From contig OZ251997.1 in NCBI GenBank assembly GCA_965247095.1, positions 2,912,001-2,976,000 of the forward strand: a stretch of DNA of 64,000 nucleotides, written 5' to 3'. Source of the stretch: Candidatus Multivorans sp. GTDB taxonomy: Bacteria > Acidobacteriota > Thermoanaerobaculia > Multivoradales > Multivoraceae. Shown here piece by piece: positions 56,924-64,000 of this stretch. Position 1 is the stretch's first letter; each line of letters starts with the position of its first letter. The notes beneath the pieces were generated by a model, which worked only from the letters and a program-made list of their open reading frames with translations, was not told the DNA's origin and made no database searches. The translations under genes and the position numbers were made by a program.

Positions 56924-58423
56924 TTGATGTCGAGCAGCGCGAAACTGCACGCGCGGCGCCCCGTGGCGTTCAGGATCGCGCTCTATGGAGCACTGCTCGT
57001 CGTGGCGGTCGTTGGCGCCGTGTTCCTGCCGCGTACGCCGGCGCCGGTCTTCGACACGGCTTGGTCCGGGGTCGACTACGAGGCGAACGAGGATGTCCGG
57101 CGGCTGCAGGCCCTGGTCCGGATCGACACGACGCCCGAGGGGGGCCGGGAGATCGACGCCGCTCGCTACCTGGCGGGGATCCTGGAGGACGCCGGCCTGC
57201 CGGTCGAGATCGAAGAGCATCCGGGCGCGAAGGCGAACCTGTGGGCGATCCTCGAGGGGGCAACCGAGGAGGCGCTGGTCCTCCACAACCACCTCGATGT
57301 CGATCCGATACGCCGTCCCGAGGAGTGGGTCGTGCCGCCTTTCGAGGGCCGGATCGATCCGCCCTGGATCATCGGGCGGGGCGTCTTCGACATGAAGAGC
57401 GTCACCGTCGCCCAGCTCGCCGCGGTGCTGGCGGCGAAGGAGCGGATGGACGAGACCGGCCTGCGTCCAAAGTACTCGCTGATCTTTCTCGCGACCAGCA
57501 GCGAGGAAACCGGCAGCGATCTGGGTACCCGCCACATCCTCGCCACCCGGCCGGAGCTGACCCGCCGGTTTTGGGCCGTGCTCACGGAGGGCGGGGTGCT
57601 GGAGGCGCCCTGGCCCGGTGAGGTCAAGTACTGGGGCACGTCATTCGCTCAGAAGCAGTTCCTGGAGGTAACCGCGACCAGTGCGTCGGCGGAACGGCTG
57701 GAGCGGCTCCGCGCGGCTTTGCTCGAGGCGCTGCGCACGGCGCCGCCGACCGCCCTGGTGCCGGAGGCGAAGGCGTTCGCCGCCGCCTACGGACCGTCGC
57801 GTCATCATCCGGACTACCGTGCCGCCCTGGCCGAGCCCGAGCGTGTGCTGAGCGAGCCCGAGTTGTTCGAGCGCCTGCCGGATCTGCTCAAGGCGTTGTT
57901 CCGCAACGAGGCGCACCCGTTCGCGGTCGAAGTGTCTTCCGCGGGCGGCTACCGGTTGCGGATCGTGCTCCACGTGCTGCCCGGTCTCGACGCCGACGTA
58001 GCGGCGGCCGAACTGCTGCCCGGCCGGCGCCTGGACGGCATCGACATCCGGATTCACGAGCGCCGCGGGGCGGTACGCGGAAGTCCCCTCGACCACCCCG
58101 CGTACGTGCGGTTGATCGATTCGCTGCTTGGGCGGACCGGCGTCGAGCCGGGCCGGGTCGGTCCCTACCTGCTGACCCGGTATGCCAACGACGCCCGGTT
58201 CTTCCGTCGGCACGGCATTGCCGCCTACGGGTTCACTCCATTCCTGCTTCTCTCCGTCGACACGATGACCGTGGCGGGTCCGAACGAGAAGATCGCCTTG
58301 CCAGCCTTCGTCGAGGGCGTTGAGTTGTATCGCCAGGTTGTGCTCGACCTGCTCGATGCTGCGCCATGGCCGGACAGTTCCGCCGCTGCGGCCGCGAACT
58401 CCTTTCGGGAGGCTGCCCGGTGA
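56924..58423 (+). CDS. M20/M25/M40 metallo-hydrolase with N-terminal membrane anchor
   Basis: HNHLDVDP, GRGVFDMK, SEETG, TEGG and DARFFR..GI.AYG. Confidence 0.85.
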   Translation: MMSSSAKLHARRPVAFRIALYGALLVVAVVGAVFLPRTPAPVFDTAWSGVDYEANEDVRRLQALVRIDTTPEGGREIDAARYLAGILEDAGLPVEIEEHPGAKANLWAILEGATEEALVLHNHLDVDPIRRPEEWVVPPFEGRIDPPWIIGRGVFDMKSVTVAQLAAVLAAKERMDETGLRPKYSLIFLATSSEETGSDLGTRHILATRPELTRRFWAVLTEGGVLEAPWPGEVKYWGTSFAQKQFLEVTATSASAERLERLRAALLEALRTAPPTALVPEAKAFAAAYGPSRHHPDYRAALAEPERVLSEPELFERLPDLLKALFRNEAHPFAVEVSSAGGYRLRIVLHVLPGLDADVAAAELLPGRRLDGIDIRIHERRGAVRGSPLDHPAYVRLIDSLLGRTGVEPGRVGPYLLTRYANDARFFRRHGIAAYGFTPFLLLSVDTMTVAGPNEKIALPAFVEGVELYRQVVLDLLDAAPWPDSSAAAAANSFREAAR

Positions 58424-59883
58424 TGGTGGGGAGCGTACGGCGAGGGTTGCGGTCCGGCCTGGCGGCAGCCGCGCTGTTCGCGGCGGCGCCGGTGCTGGCC
58501 GGCACCGGCCCCGTCGCCTGGCTTCAGCAGTACCTTTCCTTCGATACGAGCAATCCGCCCGGCGGCGAGCGTCCGGCCGCCCTGTACCTGGCTTCGCTGA
58601 TCGAAGAGGGCGATCCCGGCGGAGAGATCGAGGTCCGGGTTCTCCTGAGCCCCGACGGACGCGCAAACCTGTACGCGCGATTGCCGGCGAACGCGGTGGA
58701 AGCGACTGGCGGCAGCCTAGTTCTGCTGCACCACCTCGATGTCGTGCCGGCGGGCGAGGGTTGGAACCGACCGCCGTTCGGCGGTGAGCTGCACCGCGGG
58801 CGGATCTGGGGCCGCGGCGCGCTGGATGCGAAGAGCCTCGGCGTTGCTCATCTGAACGCCATGCTCGATCTCCTCGAGAGCGATCGTCCCCGGCGCCGGG
58901 ATCTGGTCCTTGTGGCCAGCGCCGACGAGGAAGCGGGCGGCGAAGACGGCGTCGGCTGGCTGCTGGAAGAGCACCCGGAACTGTTCGGCGACGCCGAGGC
59001 GGTGCTGAACGAGGCGGGCGTCAACCGGATGGCCGGCGCCCGGCTGCTGTGGTGGGGAATCGAGACGGCGCAGAAACAGGTGCTCTGGCTGCGGGTCACT
59101 GCCGCCGGCAGGGGCGGCCACGGCTCGGGATTCAACCCCGCGAGCCCCACTCATCGGCTGCTGCGGGCCCTGAACCGGGTCCTGGACCTGGAGCATCCCT
59201 GGCGGGTTACCGCCGCGTCCCACCAGGCGTACCGTGCGCTGGCCGGGTTCCGTCCGGGCGAGTTCGCCGAGGTCTTCGATCAGCCGATCGAGGTCGTTCA
59301 GGCCGAACTCGACCGCCGGGTCCGGGACGGCGGGTTGGACCGGATTCTCCTGCCGGGCATGTCGGCGAGCTTCCGCGACACGGTTCAGATCACCCGGATC
59401 GACAACGGCGCCGGGCCGGTGAACGTGGCGCCCGGTGCGGCGGGCGCGCTGATCGACGCGCGCCTGCTGCCGGACACCGATGTCGAGGGGTTCCGCCGCC
59501 GGGTGGAGACGGTGCTTGGCAGCGGCATCCATGTCGAGGAGCTGCTGCGCTCCGGCGGCAGTCCGGTGTCGAGTACGAGCAGCGACGTCTACCGGACGTT
59601 GGAGCGGGTTCTCGGCGTGCGCGCCCCGGTGGCGCCGACGATGATTGCCGGCGCCACCGACTCCCGCTTCTTCCGCCGCCGCGGCGTGGACGCCTACGGC
59701 TTCTCGCCCTTCACGCTCTCCGCCGACGATGCGGGCGGCATCCACGGCGCCGACGAGCGGATACCGGTCGAGGGCTTCCTCCGCGGCTGCGAGATGATGA
59801 AGCGGGTCGTCGCCGCCCTCGTCCTTGCGGAGGACGACTCCGCGCCGCCTGCCGCCGGCGGCGCCGGCCGCAGGAAGCCATGA
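58423..59883 (+). CDS. M20/M25/M40 metallo-hydrolase, exported
   Basis: HHLDVVP, WGRGALDAK, ADEEAGG, LNE, GATDSRFFR and IHGADE. Confidence 0.88.
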   Translation: MVGSVRRGLRSGLAAAALFAAAPVLAGTGPVAWLQQYLSFDTSNPPGGERPAALYLASLIEEGDPGGEIEVRVLLSPDGRANLYARLPANAVEATGGSLVLLHHLDVVPAGEGWNRPPFGGELHRGRIWGRGALDAKSLGVAHLNAMLDLLESDRPRRRDLVLVASADEEAGGEDGVGWLLEEHPELFGDAEAVLNEAGVNRMAGARLLWWGIETAQKQVLWLRVTAAGRGGHGSGFNPASPTHRLLRALNRVLDLEHPWRVTAASHQAYRALAGFRPGEFAEVFDQPIEVVQAELDRRVRDGGLDRILLPGMSASFRDTVQITRIDNGAGPVNVAPGAAGALIDARLLPDTDVEGFRRRVETVLGSGIHVEELLRSGGSPVSSTSSDVYRTLERVLGVRAPVAPTMIAGATDSRFFRRRGVDAYGFSPFTLSADDAGGIHGADERIPVEGFLRGCEMMKRVVAALVLAEDDSAPPAAGGAGRRKP

Positions 59884-60671
59884 TGCTCGAAGAGGCGCCG
59901 GCGATGGCCATCTTCGGCGCGACATACGCGGCGGTGATCGGCCTGTGTGTCGGCAGTTTTCTGAATGTCGTCGCCCACCGCCTGCCGCGCGGGGAGTCGG
60001 TGGTCCGGCCGCGTTCCCGCTGCCTGAGCTGCAGCGGCAGGATTGCCGGCCGGGACAACCTGCCGGTTCTGAGCTTCGTGCTGCTCCGTGGCCGCTGCCG
60101 GATGTGCGGCGGGCGGATCTCGTGGCGCTACCCGGCAGTCGAGGCCACCGCCGGTCTCCTCTGGCTCATCACCTGGCTCACCTTCGGACCGACCGTGGAC
60201 GGTCTGGCGGCGGCCGTCTTCTCGAGCCTCCTGCTGGCCCTCGCGGTGATCGACGCGGCCCACTTCCTGCTCCCGGATCGACTGACGTACCTGACTCTGG
60301 GCCTCGGTCTGGCGGCGTCCTTCGGAGTCAGTTGGACGACGCCGCTCGCGTCGGTGCTTGGCGCCGCCGCCGGCGCCGCGGTGCTGCTCCTCATGATCGG
60401 CGCCTGGTACCTGCTCCGCCGCGTCCGCGGCATGGGCCTGGGTGATGTGAAGATGCTCGCCGGTGTGGGCGCCTTCCTCGGTCCTTACGGGATGTTGCTC
60501 ACGCTCTTCCTGGCCTGCCTGTTCGGCGCGGTCTTCGGGCTTCTGCTCATGGTCCGCGGGCGTCTGGGCTGGGGTTCACGCTTGCCCTTCGGAGTCTTCC
60601 TGTCGATCGGCGCGGCCGGGTCGCTGTTCTTCGGGCCGCGCCTGATCGCCGCCTACGCTTCCCTGCTGTAG
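59880..60671 (+). CDS. pilD: Prepilin peptidase (A24)
   Basis: GSFLNVV, two CxxC pairs, ID...LPD, MGLGDVK and LPFG. Confidence 0.93.
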   Translation: MMLEEAPAMAIFGATYAAVIGLCVGSFLNVVAHRLPRGESVVRPRSRCLSCSGRIAGRDNLPVLSFVLLRGRCRMCGGRISWRYPAVEATAGLLWLITWLTFGPTVDGLAAAVFSSLLLALAVIDAAHFLLPDRLTYLTLGLGLAASFGVSWTTPLASVLGAAAGAAVLLLMIGAWYLLRRVRGMGLGDVKMLAGVGAFLGPYGMLLTLFLACLFGAVFGLLLMVRGRLGWGSRLPFGVFLSIGAAGSLFFGPRLIAAYASLL

Positions 60672-60689
60672 CTGGCTGCGAGAGCCGCC

Positions 60690-60733
60690 CCTGGGAACCC
60701 GGGTGGCGCGATTCGCGGGCGTCCCGCCCGCAC
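60690..60733. repeat. REP-like palindrome
   Basis: cctgggaac...cgcgggcgtcccgcccgcac, similar to the units at 28701 and 43367. Confidence 0.55.
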
Positions 60734-60776
60734 TTCCGCGTGCGAGATCACGGGCCCCGATTCCGTCTTGATCGGT

Positions 60777-61223
60777 ATGGAGAGTTCCCGCCGTCCCGTT
60801 ACCAGCCGGCAGAGGTGCGGCGGCTTCACCCTGGTCGAAGTGCTGGTCTCCTGCGCCTTGCTGGGCCTAGCCGCCGCGACGCTGATGTCGCTTCTGGTTC
60901 GATCCGGCCTGAACAACCTGGAAGCGCGTCGAGCCGATGCCCTGGCCGCCATGGCGCGCTCTTCCCTGGACGACCTCGGGAACGCGGACAACGTCGAGCA
61001 GGTCTGGTGTCCCTCGATCTCGGCCTGGCGAGATGACTGCGGTGCGGAGGCGCCGCAGTTCCGGCGCTCGGTGCATGCGGTACCGGTCACAGTGCCGGCC
61101 CTTGCCGGAGAGTCCGTGGAAGTGGAGGAGGTGACGGTCGAAGTGACCGCCCTGCAGGTGGGCCGCGCCGCCGGGGAGAGGACGATCCGCCTCGTCACGT
61201 TCCGCACGGCGGGGGTCCGGTGA
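60777..61223 (+). CDS. PilV-like type IV minor pilin
   Basis: Class III signal G|FTLVEVL followed by a hydrophobic helix. Confidence 0.75.
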   Translation: MESSRRPVTSRQRCGGFTLVEVLVSCALLGLAAATLMSLLVRSGLNNLEARRADALAAMARSSLDDLGNADNVEQVWCPSISAWRDDCGAEAPQFRRSVHAVPVTVPALAGESVEVEEVTVEVTALQVGRAAGERTIRLVTFRTAGVR

Positions 61224-62248
61224 AGGTCGACCGGCGCCGCTGTTTGCCCGTCGGGCGACCGGACTCCGGCGCCAGCCTGATCGAGACACTGGTCGCGTTC
61301 GGTCTGACCGTGGCGGTTTCGGCGGCCGCCCTCTCTTTGTTCGTTCTTCATCAGCGACTGGCCCGGGCTCAACTCGAGGCGGCGTCGCTCCAGCAGGCGC
61401 AGCAGGCAGTCCACCGCGAAGTGCGGCGAACACTGCGCGCCGCCGGCCGTGGCGGCCTGATCCACCAGTTGCCCGGGCAGGCGCCGCGTCCCGAACTCGC
61501 GGTCGAGGTCGAGAAGCACGTGAGCGCGGGTCACGCCGTCGGCGCCAGGACGGCGGCCGAGGCAACCGACGTTCTGGTGGTCCGCGGCGTGATCAACGGT
61601 CCGCTCTACTGGGTCGACGAGTACCGATTCGACCCGGCCGCGAGGCGCGGCTGGGTTCAGGTGCGCGCGCAGACCGCATACGGCTCCGACCACTCCCTCG
61701 AGATGCTCCGAGAGGCCGGCGATGCCGGTGACGACGCCCTGCTCCTGGTCTCCGGTGACGCGACTGGGGTTCACGCCGTGGTCCCGATCGTCGACGTGGT
61801 CTTGAGCAACCCGGGCCGGGACCGCACGTTGCGGGTCGAGTTCCATGCCGATGCCTCGCGGGGTCCGTTCGCGGCCGGCTACCTTTCGATGTCGAGCGGC
61901 GGGAGCTGGCCGGCCGGCTACATGGGCAGGGTCGACCGGGTCGGCGTGCTCGAAGAGTGGCGGTTCTACATCTCACCGCCGGACCCGGATTCGCTGCCGG
62001 GATCACAACTGGCGATGGCCCGCCTCTATCCCGGTACGGGGATTGCCTGGCGCCGTCGCAGCGTGAACCTGGCCCAGGTGATCGCGGACGACATCGCCGA
62101 CCTGGAGGTCGCGGTCGACGAGATGGGAGAAGGTCGTGGATGGAGCATCACCGTAGTCAGTACCGCCCGGGTTGGAGAACCGGCCGCGGCGGCGTTGCGG
62201 GTGCAACGGACGGCTGCCACCGTGGTTCGGATGAGGAACCTGCAGTGA
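61220..62248 (+). CDS. PilW-like type IV minor pilin
   Basis: G|ASLIETL, LRAAG and VIADDIADLEV; GTGA coupling to the upstream gene. Confidence 0.7.
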   Translation: MKVDRRRCLPVGRPDSGASLIETLVAFGLTVAVSAAALSLFVLHQRLARAQLEAASLQQAQQAVHREVRRTLRAAGRGGLIHQLPGQAPRPELAVEVEKHVSAGHAVGARTAAEATDVLVVRGVINGPLYWVDEYRFDPAARRGWVQVRAQTAYGSDHSLEMLREAGDAGDDALLLVSGDATGVHAVVPIVDVVLSNPGRDRTLRVEFHADASRGPFAAGYLSMSSGGSWPAGYMGRVDRVGVLEEWRFYISPPDPDSLPGSQLAMARLYPGTGIAWRRRSVNLAQVIADDIADLEVAVDEMGEGRGWSITVVSTARVGEPAAAALRVQRTAATVVRMRNLQ

Positions 62249-62358
62249 GCTTGGATCCCGGGAAGCCGCCGGCTGGGGTGCGGGGCAGCTCCACAATGCG
62301 GGTGAACATGGATCCTGGCAGGCTGCCGGCTGGGGTGCGGGGCAGTTCCACCCTGCTG
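62245..62358 (+). repeat. In-frame 57-bp tandem duplication of the pilX leader
   Basis: 62245-62301 matches 62302-62358 at 47/57 nt. Confidence 0.85.
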
Positions 62359-64000
62359 GTCACCTTGATCCTCCTGCTCCTGAGCGGTTCCTGCCTGGCC
62401 CTGCTGATGGCAACCCAGACGCAGATGCTGATCTCTTCCGGGCAGAAGTTGCAGGCTCGTCTGCTCGCTGCAGCGGAAGGCGGCCTGCAGCTCGCCGTGG
62501 CGCGCGGGGTCGCCGGCGCCGCCGACCCTTACACGCGTAGCCTGGGCGCCGGAGCGCCGGGCGCCGAGATCACGGTCGAAGTCACGGGCTTCGTTCCGAT
62601 GGCGGACGGCGCATGCCACCTGTGCATGGCCAACCTGGACGGCTCGTTGGGCTCGCTTGGCGGTCTGCGCCGGGTCAGCCACGTCGCCGGAGCGGCCGCC
62701 ACGGCGCCGAGCCGCTTGGATGGTCTTCCGCCTCCCAGACGGGAGCTGACCGCGGTGGTCGACCTGATGCCGTGGCCGGTCGGTGCGAGCGATGAATGGG
62801 ACCTCGCCGGAACTGCAACGGCGGCGCGAGGCCGGATCCGGGATGCCGCCCTGAGCGAGATCGGCGCCTACGATGACGATGCCCCGCTGACGGTGACGAG
62901 GATCGCCGATCCGGACACCGGCACGCCGCGGACGGTGGCGGTCGGAGGACTTGGCCGGGCCGGCCGCCTTCTCTACGCCTTTGAACTGTCGCCGGAGGTC
63001 CGACCGCTGTGGCGCTTTGCCGATAGCGCGGACGCGGATGGCAACGGCGCGCCCGACCTCGGCTACACAGTGTCGAAGCCGGCGATTGTGCCGCTGCGGC
63101 TCGGCGCCCGTGTCCGCGCGGTCGCGGTGTTCGGAGGCGGCTTCGACCCCGAGCGGTCGAGCGAGGTGGGCAACTGGCTGTACTTCGTGGGGATCGACAG
63201 CGGGCAGGTGCTGTACAAGCGGTCGCTTGATGCGCCGGTCACCGCCGCGCCTGCGGCGGTGGACACCAGGGGCGATGGACTGGCCGATCGGCTCTACGTG
63301 GGAACGACCGCGGGCAGCCTGTACCGCGTCGACCTGTCGGCCCCGGTCGAACTCGAGGCGGGCCGCGTTCCGGCCGGCGCCTGGAATCCGCGGCGGGTGT
63401 TCGACACCGGCGGCCTGCCGATTCACCATCCACCTGCGGCGATCCCGCTGCCGGCGCTTGGCGCTTACGCTCTCGCCTTGGGCGCCGGCGGCGCCGCCGA
63501 CCCTGAGGCCGGCGCCGAAGAAGCAGTGGCCGGCCGGTTCTACCTGTTCGTGGAGCGCGGCGCCGGCGGTCCCGGTTCAGCGGACCGACTTCCTCACCTC
63601 GATCTGGAGAGTCCGCCCCGGGGCGTCGATCGGTTGGCCCCGGCGCTGGCGCCGCGGGAGCAGGGATGGTCGCTGGCCCTGGGCGTGGGGGAGCGTCCGG
63701 TCTCCGCGCCGCTGGCCGCCGGCGGGCTCCTCACCTTCTTCACCCTGCGCCCGACCGGGCCGGACGGCGGAGAGATCCGCAGGTACGCGCTGCGGCTTCG
63801 CTCGGGCGACGCCGCGGGCGCCGGACCCCGTTCGCAGCTTACAGATCGCAACGCGTCGTGGCCGTCACCCGCCCTCGGGGCGCCGACCCGGATCGAGGTC
63901 GACCATCCGGGGAGTCTGGCCGCTCCGCTGCTTCAGCCTGACGAAATCGCGATTCTCGAGGGGCTCCGGGATCAGATGCCGCAGCGTTGCCGGTTCGACG
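62245..64000 (+). CDS. PilX-like N-terminus fused to a PilY1/PilC-like beta-propeller, partial
   Basis: Not in the ORF track because it runs off the end. Checked codon by codon with no stop: RG|SSTLLVTLILLLLSG...AAEGGL, then DLGYTVSKPAI, AVFGGGFD and VDTRGDGLADRLYVGTTAGSLYRVDL. Confidence 0.75.
   Translation, partial: MSLDPGKPPAGVRGSSTMRVNMDPGRLPAGVRGSSTLLVTLILLLLSGSCLALLMATQTQMLISSGQKLQARLLAAAEGGLQLAVARGVAGAADPYTRSLGAGAPGAEITVEVTGFVPMADGACHLCMANLDGSLGSLGGLRRVSHVAGAAATAPSRLDGLPPPRRELTAVVDLMPWPVGASDEWDLAGTATAARGRIRDAALSEIGAYDDDAPLTVTRIADPDTGTPRTVAVGGLGRAGRLLYAFELSPEVRPLWRFADSADADGNGAPDLGYTVSKPAIVPLRLGARVRAVAVFGGGFDPERSSEVGNWLYFVGIDSGQVLYKRSLDAPVTAAPAAVDTRGDGLADRLYVGTTAGSLYRVDLSAPVELEAGRVPAGAWNPRRVFDTGGLPIHHPPAAIPLPALGAYALALGAGGAADPEAGAEEAVAGRFYLFVERGAGGPGSADRLPHLDLESPPRGVDRLAPALAPREQGWSLALGVGERPVSAPLAAGGLLTFFTLRPTGPDGGEIRRYALRLRSGDAAGAGPRSQLTDRNASWPSPALGAPTRIEVDHPGSLAAPLLQPDEIAILEGLRDQMPQRCRFD

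Overview
A high-GC window from a diderm bacterium. An Acidobacteriota-like host is inferred from the Oar-type TonB-dependent receptor, squalene-hopene cyclase and type IV minor pilins. Core content: ybdK/ggt, Ku and LigD end joining, infC with an ATC start, frmA, an aquaporin, an M1 peptidase, adenosine deaminase, nudC, moaA, a hopanoid cluster (shc-hpnH-hpnA-hpnG) directly followed by a mevalonate operon lacking phosphomevalonate kinase (fni-hmgA-mvk-mvaD-ipk), a DtxR regulator, biotin carboxylase, two M20 peptidases and pilD with minor pilins. Accessory content: a toxin-antitoxin cluster, an MT-A70/BglII-type restriction-modification pair next to an IS1595-like remnant, a Fic gene, and a 6.4 kb GT39/GT2/two-component island. 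Most unusual observations: (1) one 1312-aa ORF joins a complete inner-membrane MFS transporter, an internal signal peptide and an outer-membrane TonB-dependent receptor; (2) a haloarchaea/Chloroflexota-type mevalonate route is linked to hopanoid genes; (3) a PilX-PilY1 fusion; (4) recurrent internally deleted 'skeleton' genes and cargo bracketed by diverged direct copies of a neighbouring gene; (5) a shared CTCAG-N6-CTCAG-N10-YACAGT promoter motif in the island. I saw no rRNA, tRNA or CRISPR array. All family calls come from motif recognition by eye, not database searches.
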